From a virus, in the IMG/VR virus record IMGVR_UViG_3300023174_000061: a stretch of 64,000 nt of DNA. One strand, written 5' to 3'. The position numbers and the translations under genes are program-made. Position 1 is the stretch's first letter; the number at the start of each line of letters is the position of its first letter. The notes below the pieces were generated by a model. That model was not told the origin of the DNA. It did not search any database and worked only from the letters and a program-made list of their open reading frames with translations. Positions 9,789 to 19,610 of this stretch are shown in pieces.

Positions 9789-10340
9789 ATGGAGAAACAA
9801 ATGAAATTTTTATCATCTATTTTTAATAGATTAACTGCTTGGATGAGAAAAGATACTGATGTTATGGTTAGAAATGGTGATGGTTGGGGTGATGATGTCT
9901 TTTATCAAATTAAGATGGCATCACCTTCTCCTGAAGCAAAGACAACTGTTTATATTGATAAAAACACCAATATTATGAGTCCATACCCAGAAGTATCTGG
10001 AAGCACTACAGTTGGTGGTATTAGTATGGATATTGTTGCTGATATTGTTGATGGTATTAGCAACTGGGTAAATGATATGGACGTTTATGTTCGTATTCAG
10101 AGAGTTACCAGCAAAGGGGATAATGTAGGAAAAGCACTTCTTTTCTGTTTTACCAATCCTACCGTAGGATGCCCTTGGTTCTCTATTCAAAGGAGTGATG
10201 ATAGTTGGTATTATTTTGAAAAATCATTAGATGAAAATACTGGAGTTGGAGTTTTAGATGCTTTTGATGATGGAACTTCTCTCAGTATTACCAGGCAAGG
10301 TGATACGGATGTAAAAAATTGGAAAATTGACATTGGTTGA
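9789..10340 (+). CDS. Hypothetical protein between gp43 and uvsX
   Basis: 183-aa ORF with no motif I recognise. Confidence 0.65.
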   Translation: MEKQMKFLSSIFNRLTAWMRKDTDVMVRNGDGWGDDVFYQIKMASPSPEAKTTVYIDKNTNIMSPYPEVSGSTTVGGISMDIVADIVDGISNWVNDMDVYVRIQRVTSKGDNVGKALLFCFTNPTVGCPWFSIQRSDDSWYYFEKSLDENTGVGVLDAFDDGTSLSITRQGDTDVKNWKIDIG

Positions 10341-10341
10341 T

Positions 10342-11346
10342 ATGGACTTTTTAAAAGATATTGTAAAAGAAATCGGTGGAGAATACACACAACTGGCATC
10401 AGACATTGACGAGACTGAAACTTATGTGGACACGGGTTCGTACATATTTAATGCTCTTGTATCTGGGAGTATCTTTGGTGGTGTATCTGGTAATAAAATC
10501 ACTGCAATCGCAGGTGAAAGTTCTACTGGAAAAACTTTCTTTAGTTTGGCAGTGGTCAAAAATTTTCTTGATAATAATCCTACTGGATACTGTTTGTATT
10601 TTGATACTGAAGCTGCAATCACCAGATCCTTATTGGAAAGCAGAGGCATTGACACAACTAGAGTGGTTGTCGTCAATGTGGTCACAGTTGAAGAGTTTCG
10701 TACCAAGGCACTAAAAGCAGTTGACCTTTACTTAAAGAAACCAGAAGGAGAACGCAATCCTTGTATGTTTGTTCTGGATTCTCTGGGAATGCTTTCAACC
10801 AGTAAGGAGATTAGTGATGCTCTGAATGATAAGGAAGTTAGGGATATGACCAAATCCCAACTCATTAAGGGTGCATTCCGTATGCTTACCTTGAAATTGG
10901 GTCAGGCAAACATTCCAATGATTGTGACTAATCACACTTATGATGTTATTGGTTCATATGTTCCAATGAAAGAAATGGGTGGTGGCAGTGGTTTAAAATA
11001 TGCAGCATCTTCTATCATCTATCTTTCCAAGAAGAAAGAAAAGGATGGGACTGATGTGATTGGTAATATTATCAAATGCAAAACTCAAAAATCACGTTTG
11101 AGTAAGGAGAATCAGGATGTGGAAGTTCGTCTTTATTATGATGAACGTGGTCTTGATAGGTATTATGGACTGCTTGAATTGGGAGAACTTGGTGGGATTT
11201 GGAAAAACGTCGCGGGACGTTATGAACTGGATGGAAAAAAAATCTATGCAAAACAAATCCTTGCAGAACCAGAAAAATACTTTACTCCAGAAGTAATGCA
11301 AGCACTTGACGAAATAGCAAAAAAAGAATTTAATTATGGTGTATGA
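10342..11346 (+). CDS. uvsX: RecA-like recombinase
   Basis: [29 protein letters not shown]. Confidence 0.96.
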   Translation: MDFLKDIVKEIGGEYTQLASDIDETETYVDTGSYIFNALVSGSIFGGVSGNKITAIAGESSTGKTFFSLAVVKNFLDNNPTGYCLYFDTEAAITRSLLESRGIDTTRVVVVNVVTVEEFRTKALKAVDLYLKKPEGERNPCMFVLDSLGMLSTSKEISDALNDKEVRDMTKSQLIKGAFRMLTLKLGQANIPMIVTNHTYDVIGSYVPMKEMGGGSGLKYAASSIIYLSKKKEKDGTDVIGNIIKCKTQKSRLSKENQDVEVRLYYDERGLDRYYGLLELGELGGIWKNVAGRYELDGKKIYAKQILAEPEKYFTPEVMQALDEIAKKEFNYGV

Positions 11347-11888
11347 AAAACATTCGCATCATAAAAACTGGTGTTAATGTATCCAAGATACTAGAACAAC
11401 TTAAACAGTACCCAGAAGATTGGGGATCACAAAAAAAAATTGAAAGAACCGAACAACTTGACCCAACAAAATATACTGTTACGGTTGATGTTCTTCAATT
11501 GATAATGGGTGGAATAGAAAAGGATGGACAGTATGTTGGTGATACTGAAATTTGTATAAAAACACCAGCATATGAAAAGCACACAGAGGTTCTTAAATTC
11601 TTAAAAACATATTTTAAGAAAATACGTCGTTGTGCTTTTCTTTCTTTGCCTGTTGGTGAAATAGTAGGTTCTCATATTGATGAAGGGACTTATTATCTTA
11701 CGAAAGATAGATACCACCTTTCCATTCAGGGAAAATACAGGTATAGTGTAGGGGATGAAACTATGATTGTTGAACCAGGAACTTTCTTTTGGTTTAACAA
11801 TAAACTTCCCCATAGTGCTGAAAATATTGGTGATGAAGTTAGAATTACTTTTGTATTCGATGCTCCTCACCACAAACGAAATCCATAG
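11343..11888 (+). CDS. 2OG-Fe(II) oxygenase, aspartyl/asparaginyl beta-hydroxylase-like
   Basis: HID...RYHL...[12 protein letters not shown]...R cupin/HxD..H triad. Confidence 0.8.
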   Translation: MKNIRIIKTGVNVSKILEQLKQYPEDWGSQKKIERTEQLDPTKYTVTVDVLQLIMGGIEKDGQYVGDTEICIKTPAYEKHTEVLKFLKTYFKKIRRCAFLSLPVGEIVGSHIDEGTYYLTKDRYHLSIQGKYRYSVGDETMIVEPGTFFWFNNKLPHSAENIGDEVRITFVFDAPHHKRNP

Positions 11889-11899
11889 TTAGAGGAGTA

Positions 11900-13276
11900 A
11901 TGGAAAAAGTCGAAACTACTATTTTGAGAAATTTACTTTTCAATAATGATTATTGTAGAAAAGTATTACCTTTTATTAAAAATGAATATTTTGAAAACCT
12001 TCACGAGAAAGTAGTTTTTGAAGAAATCTGTAAGTTTATTGTTGCCTATGAACAACTCGCAACAAAAGAAGTTCTTTTGATTGAAACAGAAAAAAGAACT
12101 GATATCACAGAGGATACTTATAAAATTATTTGTGATTATATTTCCAATCTTAATGATGACCCAGCAGATAAACAATGGTTAGTAGATACTACTGAAAAGT
12201 GGTGTAAAGACCGAGCAATCTATCTTGCTCTTATGGAAAGTATCAAAATTGCTGATGGACAAGACGAAAAGAAGTCTAGAGATTCCATTCCAACAATTTT
12301 ACAAGAAGCACTTGCTATTGGATTTGATAGCCACATTGGACACGATTACCTAAAAGATTACCAAGAACGATATGACTCTTATCACAGAAAAGAAGATAAA
12401 ATCTCATTTGATTTGGAATATTTTAACAAAATTACCAAAGGGGGTATCCCTAACAAAACTCTTAATATCGCACTTGCTGGTACGGGTGTCGGGAAATCTT
12501 TATTCATGTGCCATGTGGCTAGCTCCGTCTTGCTCCAAGGACGGAACGTATTGTATATTACGCTTGAAATGGCAGAAGAGAAAATTGCTGAACGAATTGA
12601 CGCAAACCTTTTGAATGTAAATATTAAAGATATCGAAACATTACCAAAAATGATGTTTGATACGAAAGTAAATAATATTGCGAAGAAGACACAAGGAACT
12701 TTGATTATCAAAGAGTATCCAACTGCTTCCGCACACGCAGGACACTTTAGGGCACTTCTAAATGAACTCTCTCTTAAGAAATCATTTAAACCTGATATTA
12801 TTTTCATTGACTACCTTAATATTTGTGGGTCCTCAAGGTATAAGAGTAATTTTTCAGTCAATTCTTACTCTTATGTTAAAGCAATTGCGGAAGAACTCCG
12901 TGGTCTCGCAGTTGAATCAAATGTCCCAATTGTTTCCGCTACCCAGACTACTCGTAGTGGTTTTTCTAGCTCTGATCCTGACCTTACTGATACTAGTGAA
13001 TCCTTTGGTCTTCCTGCTACTGCTGATCTTATGTTTGCCCTTATTAGCACAGAAGAGTTGGAAGGACTAGGACAGATTATGGTAAAACAATTGAAGAATA
13101 GATATAATGACCCAACTATGAATAAGAGATTTGTAGTTGGAATTGATAGAGCAAAAATGCGTCTTTATGATGTAGAACAAAGTGCTCAAAAAGATATACT
13201 TGACTCTGGACAAGAGGAAGAGTATACTTATGAAGAAGACAAAAAAACAGACAAATTCTCAGGATTTAAATTTTAA
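11900..13276 (+). CDS. gp41: Replicative DNA helicase
   Basis: AGTGVGKS, ITLEM, IFIDYL, ATQTTRSG, QLKNRY. Confidence 0.97.
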   Translation: MEKVETTILRNLLFNNDYCRKVLPFIKNEYFENLHEKVVFEEICKFIVAYEQLATKEVLLIETEKRTDITEDTYKIICDYISNLNDDPADKQWLVDTTEKWCKDRAIYLALMESIKIADGQDEKKSRDSIPTILQEALAIGFDSHIGHDYLKDYQERYDSYHRKEDKISFDLEYFNKITKGGIPNKTLNIALAGTGVGKSLFMCHVASSVLLQGRNVLYITLEMAEEKIAERIDANLLNVNIKDIETLPKMMFDTKVNNIAKKTQGTLIIKEYPTASAHAGHFRALLNELSLKKSFKPDIIFIDYLNICGSSRYKSNFSVNSYSYVKAIAEELRGLAVESNVPIVSATQTTRSGFSSSDPDLTDTSESFGLPATADLMFALISTEELEGLGQIMVKQLKNRYNDPTMNKRFVVGIDRAKMRLYDVEQSAQKDILDSGQEEEYTYEEDKKTDKFSGFKF

Positions 13277-13281
13277 CTAAT

Positions 13282-13692
13282 ATGACTCAACGAATTGATT
13301 TTGGTAAATATCAAAACTTTGTAGATGCTGTTACGAGTGACGCATCCAAAGATTTTCTTGCTCTTTCTGACCGTATGGTAGAACTTGATGAGAAAGGTGC
13401 TAATATTGAAAGACTTTTGACTGCTGGTGTCGGCATTAATGCCGAAGGTGGTGAGTTTTTGGAAATCGTAAAGAAAATGCTATTTCAGGGTAAACCTTGG
13501 AACGATGAGACTCGCACTCACTTAATCAAGGAACTTGGTGATACTCTGTGGTATGTTGCCCAGGCTTGTATTGCTCTTGAAGTTTCTTTTGATGAAGTTA
13601 TTCAGACAAATATTGATAAACTAATGAAGCGTTATCCCGAAGGATTTTTTGACGCATACTATAGTGAAAATCGTGAAGATGGAGACATCTGA
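13282..13692 (+). CDS. mazG: MazG-like nucleotide pyrophosphohydrolase
   Basis: EGGEFLEIVKK...KELGDTLWY...KL.KRYP. Confidence 0.93.
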   Translation: MTQRIDFGKYQNFVDAVTSDASKDFLALSDRMVELDEKGANIERLLTAGVGINAEGGEFLEIVKKMLFQGKPWNDETRTHLIKELGDTLWYVAQACIALEVSFDEVIQTNIDKLMKRYPEGFFDAYYSENREDGDI

Positions 13693-13847
13693 TGACTGAA
13701 ATAACCTGGCCTTATAATCACCGACACTCATCTGAACTCTGGGATATTTCTGCTGAGATTCTTACAGAACTTTCCCGAAGAGATGATGTCGTTTATAGAG
13801 TAAAAGCAACACCAGAATCGGTTAAGAAAAAGATAAAAAATTTGTAA
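13692..13847 (+). CDS. Small hypothetical protein (51 aa)
   Basis: TGATG coupling to mazG; MTEITWPYNHRHSSELW... Confidence 0.6.
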   Translation: MTEITWPYNHRHSSELWDISAEILTELSRRDDVVYRVKATPESVKKKIKNL

Positions 13848-13891
13848 AAAATATATCCCCTCTTTCTAAATACAAGAAAGAGGGATTTTTT

Positions 13892-14656
13892 ATGGCTAAT
13901 CCAGCACTAGCAGGAAAACAATATGAGATTGCCCTTAGGAATAAATTAAAATCAGTTTTTAAAAATATTCCAAAAAGTGCTGGATTTGGAAGTGGTCCAG
14001 ATTTAACTATACCTTCTGCTACTAATCCAGGGCAGGCACTTTTGGTTGAAGCAAAAACAACCACACAGTCTGACTTTGGACAGAAGGCAATAACTTTTAA
14101 TGGAACTTCTTGGGTAGCAAAATTTGATGGAACAGAACCACAATCAATAGTTAGTTTGTATAATTATCTTTATTCGCAATATGATGTAGATAGAAAAATA
14201 CAACAAGCTTGGGGATTACCAAATGATAAATTAACTGCGGTTGATTTGCAAAATGTTATCAATAATGATAGTCTTGGTAAAGTTTTATATTATGAAAAAC
14301 TTTTAACTGAAAAAACTGGAAGTTCAAATCCATTTCCTCAAACAACAATAGCATCTGGACCAGATGTTGTTTCTAAAATTATATTTTATTATAATAGTAA
14401 GGGTATTAATTATATACAGATAAAGAATGAAGGATTTTATATTCTTGGTAGTGATAAGATGGGTTTAAATTCAAAACTTCCAATTGATATACCAAGATTT
14501 GCTCCATCATCTGCTAGTTTAGTTATTAGGGGAAAAACAACTAATAGTAATGGAACATTTAGACCAACATTAACATTAAAGAGTGAAGGTGTTGCGAGAA
14601 GTAATTTTTCATTAGATGATGCTAATGATTTAAGATTACTTCATAGCAGTTTCTAG
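13892..14656 (+). CDS. Putative PD-(D/E)XK nuclease, late-expressed
   Basis: G..YE...PDLTI...LLVEAK motif; late promoter inside an upstream hairpin. Confidence 0.55.
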   Translation: MANPALAGKQYEIALRNKLKSVFKNIPKSAGFGSGPDLTIPSATNPGQALLVEAKTTTQSDFGQKAITFNGTSWVAKFDGTEPQSIVSLYNYLYSQYDVDRKIQQAWGLPNDKLTAVDLQNVINNDSLGKVLYYEKLLTEKTGSSNPFPQTTIASGPDVVSKIIFYYNSKGINYIQIKNEGFYILGSDKMGLNSKLPIDIPRFAPSSASLVIRGKTTNSNGTFRPTLTLKSEGVARSNFSLDDANDLRLLHSSF

Positions 14657-14684
14657 TGAATAAATAACTAAAAATACCATATAA

Positions 14685-15743
14685 ATGAAAAGTTTTGCTA
14701 GATTTATCAAAGAAGCAGTAGAAACACTTGCGTCTACTGAGGCAAAGACACGCGGACTTAAAGGAGACGGTCACGGTGATTGGTATGATAGTCAGGGAAA
14801 TCTTGTAGCAAAAACTGTAGGTGGAAAGTTAAAATATTTCGGTCAAGGTGGTGCTGATACTCAACAGCAACAAGGAGCAAAGAAACAAGCAGGAGCACAA
14901 CAGCAACAGGCAGCACCACAACAACAAGCAGCACAGCAACAGCAACCAGAAGCAGAGCAGGTCAATGGTGTTGCGATTGTGATTGGAAGATTTAATCCTC
15001 CATCTAAAAATCACGGAGCATTATTGAAAGCAGGATATTCGCAAGCAACTCGAAGAAAATTTGAGTTTAGAGTTTATCCAAGTCGTATTGAAGATGGAGC
15101 AACAAATCCACTTAATCCAGGATTAAAGATTTCTTATATACAATCAATGTTCCCAGAGTATGCGGAATATATTGTAGATAGTAATAAAACAAAAACTATT
15201 TTTGATGTTTTGGGTTCTGTGTATGATGATGGATATACTGATGTTGTAATTGTGACGGGACAAGATAGACTTGGAGAATTCCAAAGTTTAGTTCACAAAG
15301 GAGACGGACAACAATATCAGTTTAATAATATTGAGGTAGTCCCATCTGGTGTAAAGGACCCTGATAGTGATGTTGAAAGTCCTGGTTCTTCTGCGATGAT
15401 GAGAACAGCAGCAGCAACAGGAGATTATGAAAGATTTGCTACTGGACTTCCAACAAATATGGATACCGCAGAGAAACAGGAAATGTTTAATACCGTTTCT
15501 CGTTCAATGAAAGTAACTGAAGACACTGAGATTTGGAAGATTGCTCCAGAAATGGATTATGAGGGAATGCGATGGAATTATAAGAAGAATGGATTATTTG
15601 ATGTTGGTGCTTTGGTGGAAAATTTAAATAGTGGATTGGTTGGAAGAATTCTTCGTAGGGGAGCAAATCATTTAATTTGTGTAACAAAAGAAGGTGTGAT
15701 GTTTAAGAGTTGGTTGAAAGATGTTCGTGAACTTTACGAATAA
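14685..15743 (+). CDS. Cytidyltransferase/NMNAT-fold protein with capsid-targeting-like N-terminus
   Basis: IGRFNPP..H, NPL....K, V.GQDR, SS..MR motifs; N-terminus MKSFARFIKE; late promoter upstream. Confidence 0.75.
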   Translation: MKSFARFIKEAVETLASTEAKTRGLKGDGHGDWYDSQGNLVAKTVGGKLKYFGQGGADTQQQQGAKKQAGAQQQQAAPQQQAAQQQQPEAEQVNGVAIVIGRFNPPSKNHGALLKAGYSQATRRKFEFRVYPSRIEDGATNPLNPGLKISYIQSMFPEYAEYIVDSNKTKTIFDVLGSVYDDGYTDVVIVTGQDRLGEFQSLVHKGDGQQYQFNNIEVVPSGVKDPDSDVESPGSSAMMRTAAATGDYERFATGLPTNMDTAEKQEMFNTVSRSMKVTEDTEIWKIAPEMDYEGMRWNYKKNGLFDVGALVENLNSGLVGRILRRGANHLICVTKEGVMFKSWLKDVRELYE

Positions 15744-15778
15744 GATAAATACCAATAGGAAAAAAGTATCTAAGTAAA

Positions 15779-17248
15779 ATGAGACCTTGGAACGAAATTA
15801 TTACGGAAGCAAGAGATAGAAATAAAGAAAAGGCAGAAAGACAAAGAAGATTGGGAATTGCTAAAACCAATCTGAAAGGTTCTGCTGCTTTAAATAAAGG
15901 TAAAAAAACAAAAAAAGAAAAGTATGGACCTGGTGATCCTCATTTTGATTTAGCAAGAGATAGAGAAGATAGAAAAAAGAAACAACTTAAATTCTCTATA
16001 AAACAATCTAAAAAAAATGCGGAGGAAAAGAAAAAGAAGCAATTAGAGGATCTCAAAAATAAACCCAGACAAGCTGCAAGTGCTGCTCTTTCTGATGTTA
16101 AATCACAATCGATCTCATATAGAGATAGTGATGCGACTGCTTATACGAAGGCAGTTGGAAATGTAGCATCTCTTGCTGGTGGAATTGCGAAAGCAGGAAT
16201 TGGTTATGCTGTAGCAAGACACCAAGCAAAAAAAGCAGCAGCAGAAGCAGAAAAAAGTGATGGAGCAAGTAAAATACCAAAGAAGAAACCTAAAAAAAGT
16301 GGTCCTTTAGGTGGTAGACCTCCTGGTAGTCGTCCAACTGCTCCTGCTGGTGGTCCAACTCCTCCTGTTGGTGGTCCAACTCCTCCTGTTGGTGGTCTTG
16401 GAGTAAAACCAAGAAAGAGATTGGTCCCATCAACTAAAAGACTTCCACCTGCTGGTGGTGGTAAATCATTAGGACAACAAGCAAGAGAAAATCCAGAATT
16501 GAGAAAAAAATTAATCAATCAACGTAATGAAGAATATTCAAATTGGAAAGAAGAGTTTATTTTTGAAGTTGAAGATAAAACTGATAATAAAAAAGAAAAG
16601 AAAAAAATTATTGATGTAATGCCATCAAATAAAACAAATGGAGTTGAACTCAACCCAAATATGAAAGAGGAAAAGGACCAAGAAGGTGGAATGGCTCATA
16701 ATGAACTTGCTACAATGGAAAGAGCAGTCAAAACTCTTCGTAAAAAAATAAAATCTCCAAATCAACAACTTCCTGCTTGGGTTCAATCTAAAATCTCAAA
16801 AGCAGTAGACCATATTGATAGTGTTGCTGATTATATGTCTGGTGAAACTGAACCTGTTACAGAAGAATGTGGATGTGATGATGGTGAAAAAAAAGTTCTT
16901 GCAATGATGATTATTAAAAAAGCAGTGGATGCAAAGAAGAAAAAGAACTCTCAATTGAACTCGGGAATTATTGGTGAAGCAAAAACTGCTGCTTGGCAAC
17001 GTAAAGAAGGTAAAAATCCAGAAGGTGGATTAAATAAAGCAGGTATTGCTTCTTATCGTAGAGAAAATCCTGGTTCAAAACTTTCAATGGCGGTTACTAC
17101 AAAACCATCAAAACTTGACCCTGATAGCAAATCGGCAAAACGCAGAAAGTCTTTCTGTGCTCGTATGGGTGGAATGCCTGGTCCTATGAAAGATGAAAAA
17201 GGTCGTCCAACAAGAAAAGCATTATCTTTGAGGAAGTGGAATTGTTGA
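15779..17248 (+). CDS. Late modular basic/Glu-rich protein, probable internal head protein
   Basis: GATAAATA upstream; basic domains separated by (I/L)xE motifs; C-terminal AAWQRKEGKNP...FCARM...KWNC module. Confidence 0.6.
   Translation: MRPWNEIITEARDRNKEKAERQRRLGIAKTNLKGSAALNKGKKTKKEKYGPGDPHFDLARDREDRKKKQLKFSIKQSKKNAEEKKKKQLEDLKNKPRQAASAALSDVKSQSISYRDSDATAYTKAVGNVASLAGGIAKAGIGYAVARHQAKKAAAEAEKSDGASKIPKKKPKKSGPLGGRPPGSRPTAPAGGPTPPVGGPTPPVGGLGVKPRKRLVPSTKRLPPAGGGKSLGQQARENPELRKKLINQRNEEYSNWKEEFIFEVEDKTDNKKEKKKIIDVMPSNKTNGVELNPNMKEEKDQEGGMAHNELATMERAVKTLRKKIKSPNQQLPAWVQSKISKAVDHIDSVADYMSGETEPVTEECGCDDGEKKVLAMMIIKKAVDAKKKKNSQLNSGIIGEAKTAAWQRKEGKNPEGGLNKAGIASYRRENPGSKLSMAVTTKPSKLDPDSKSAKRRKSFCARMGGMPGPMKDEKGRPTRKALSLRKWNC
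16334..16396 (+). repeat. 3 x 21-nt in-frame tandem repeat (PTPPVGG)
   Basis: CCAACT(G/C)CTCCTG(C/T)TGGTGGT three times. Confidence 0.9.
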
Positions 17249-17281
17249 TAAATAACTAAAGACCATTATAAAGAGGTTATT

Positions 17282-17461
17282 ATGTCCGTTGTAATCGCAT
17301 GGGCACTTGCTAATCAGGCACTTATCGCAACTGTTCTCTTTGCAGTTTCGGAAGCACTTGGAGCAAACCCAAAAGTCAAATCCAATGGTATTCTTTCACT
17401 TATTCTTTTACAAGTGCAAGGACAACTAAAATCAAAAGGTGCAAAGGACTTAACACCTTAA
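17282..17461 (+). CDS. Small hydrophobic protein (59 aa), possibly holin-like
   Basis: GATAAATA promoter, GAGG RBS; MSVVIAWALANQALIATVLFAVSEALG...SNGILSLIL. Confidence 0.65.
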   Translation: MSVVIAWALANQALIATVLFAVSEALGANPKVKSNGILSLILLQVQGQLKSKGAKDLTP

Positions 17462-17549
17462 TCAACTATATAATTAATATTTTAGGGGGAGTTTGATACT
17501 CCCCTATTTTTATAAATAAATTTAGGAAAAAAAATTAACGAGAAATCAC

Positions 17550-18587
17550 ATGGCACTTTGGGGTATTTCATCAACTTCGGAAACTACGGCAAACAATTAC
17601 GCTATTCCAAAATTTCAAAGAGACACGGACCGTAACAGGAGCCCTTGGAATACTTTCGCAGATGCTCGTGGTTGGATCCAAAGAAGATACAAGACTAGAG
17701 AAAATTCAGGAATTTCTACTCGTTATTTTGACGAAGTTTTGGTTACAGTTCCTGATTTGAACTCTACTAATACTGGTATTAGTAGCCAATTTGCTGGTAT
17801 TGGAACTGCTGGTCCAGTTGCAGTTTTCTTTGAAGATCCAAATTTAGCATCACCAATTTCTATTGGTGGTGGTGCAACAACTGGTATTGCTACAAATACT
17901 ACTGGATATATTCACGTTGTGTTTAATGAACTTGTTTTTGCAAGTGCTGGTGCAACTGTTAGTATTCGTGCTTTTGATGCTAATAATGCAAATGAAACAA
18001 CAAGAATTGTTGCAACGGCAGCATCGATAAGTCCAGCTGCTATTCAATATGCTTGGGCTGGAACTGCTGCTACTCACGGTTCACCAGGGATATATACAGG
18101 GTATAACGGTCAAATTACAAACAGAGTGGCATTTGCATTTACATCTCCAAGCACTCTTTTAACTGCAAACGTTAACTTCTTAACTGGAATAACTACAGGA
18201 CCAACAGTTGCAATTGGAGCAACACAAATCTTTGTTAATTCTGTAGTAAACGTTTCTTCGGGAAGTTCACTTTCAGTTGCAGGTAAACTTACTAATGTTT
18301 CTGTTACTGGTGTTGGAGATACTTTCGTTTATATTGGAACGGGAAGCACAATTGGTACTACAATCATAGCAGGAACTGCTGCTACATTCAGCACAAGAAC
18401 TGTTGCTACTAAATTGTTTATTGATGCAAGCAGAGGGTTTATTGGTCTTGTTACCGATGGTTCTAATGGTGTTGGTGTAATTAGTTCATTCACACAACAA
18501 TTTGGAGATGTTCTTATTCGTAATATTGCTGGTGCTGGAACAACTTCTGGAGTTGGACTTGGAACTACTACATTAACGGTTAGATAA
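17550..18587 (+). CDS. Probable virion structural protein (Thr/Gly/Ala-rich)
   Basis: TATAAATA at 17511; MALWG N-terminus; beta-rich composition. Confidence 0.65.
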   Translation: MALWGISSTSETTANNYAIPKFQRDTDRNRSPWNTFADARGWIQRRYKTRENSGISTRYFDEVLVTVPDLNSTNTGISSQFAGIGTAGPVAVFFEDPNLASPISIGGGATTGIATNTTGYIHVVFNELVFASAGATVSIRAFDANNANETTRIVATAASISPAAIQYAWAGTAATHGSPGIYTGYNGQITNRVAFAFTSPSTLLTANVNFLTGITTGPTVAIGATQIFVNSVVNVSSGSSLSVAGKLTNVSVTGVGDTFVYIGTGSTIGTTIIAGTAATFSTRTVATKLFIDASRGFIGLVTDGSNGVGVISSFTQQFGDVLIRNIAGAGTTSGVGLGTTTLTVR

Positions 18588-18595
18588 AATATAAT

Positions 18596-18967
18596 ATGAG
18601 ATTTGATGAATTGAATGAAGATAATTATCTCTTATTTGCTATTAAATATTATGATAATCCACAATCTGTAACCAAAGATGATTTTTATGAGGACTTAAAA
18701 AGGTTCAAGTGGATAAAAAGATTATTGAAGAGACATAAAACAACGGGTGAGTTAAATGCTCACCTTTTGATTAATCATTTTATTATTCTTTATAATGTAT
18801 TTGGTGATGCAGCAACACCTTTATTGTTTTATAAAATAGATAGTGAGTTTTGGAGTATTATAAAAACTTTTGTAGTTTATCTTGGAAGATTGCCTGAAGT
18901 TCCAAAAACTAAAATTCATAATATTCCAATTGATATAGAATGTTTAGAACAACTTAATTTAATCTAA
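18596..18967 (+). CDS. Conserved T4-like hypothetical protein
   Basis: FDELNEDNYLLFAIKYYDNP...F.EDLKRF...NHFIILYNVFG. Confidence 0.75.
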   Translation: MRFDELNEDNYLLFAIKYYDNPQSVTKDDFYEDLKRFKWIKRLLKRHKTTGELNAHLLINHFIILYNVFGDAATPLLFYKIDSEFWSIIKTFVVYLGRLPEVPKTKIHNIPIDIECLEQLNLI

Positions 18968-19197
18968 TGAAAGAATCTACTCTAGACAGAATTATTTCAA
19001 TTGTAAGACACTATATTGTTGAAGATGGAATGTCTGTATCTGCTGCTCCTACAAATTCTACAAACCCACCAGGACAAATAAATATTGCAGGTCTTCCACC
19101 AGATAATCCTCCAGTAAAAAAGAAAAATAAAAAAAATATATTTTTAGGTAAAGGTTCTCGTAAAAACTGGATGCAAAAAAGAAAACCTCCACAATAA
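18967..19197 (+). CDS. Small hypothetical protein
   Basis: TAATG coupling; PTN..IAGLPPD.PPV motif. Confidence 0.6.
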   Translation: MKESTLDRIISIVRHYIVEDGMSVSAAPTNSTNPPGQINIAGLPPDNPPVKKKNKKNIFLGKGSRKNWMQKRKPPQ

Positions 19198-19205
19198 TCA
19201 ATCCA

Positions 19206-19598
19206 ATGTATAGTCCCTCTCAAACAATAGAAACAAAGGTTGCAATCCTTGAGGAGAAGATCCATACAAGCGAACAGTTGATGCAACGTATTGAGAGTGC
19301 GATTGAAAAGATAAGTGAAGTAAATGCAAATGTAACTAAAATGCTTGTAGTTCACGAAGAAAAAATTAATAATGGGGAAAAGATTGAAGATATACTCTTC
19401 ACAAAGATGGATCAGTTGAAAGATAAGATGGATAAGGATCATACTGCAGTATTAACAAAGTTACAGGGATTGGAAAAAAAAGTTTGGGTAGGTATTGGAG
19501 TTCTTGCAGCAGTAAGTTTCACAATCAATAATTCAGAAATTCTGTCAAGTATCTTGACACAGACACAAGACAACGGTAGAATAGAGAGACTGAAATAG
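19206..19598 (+). CDS. Coiled-coil protein with C-terminal TM segment
   Basis: Heptad-rich; VWVGIGVLAAVSF. Confidence 0.65.
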   Translation: MYSPSQTIETKVAILEEKIHTSEQLMQRIESAIEKISEVNANVTKMLVVHEEKINNGEKIEDILFTKMDQLKDKMDKDHTAVLTKLQGLEKKVWVGIGVLAAVSFTINNSEILSSILTQTQDNGRIERLK

Positions 19599-19610
19599 TA
19601 TTCTTTTGTA

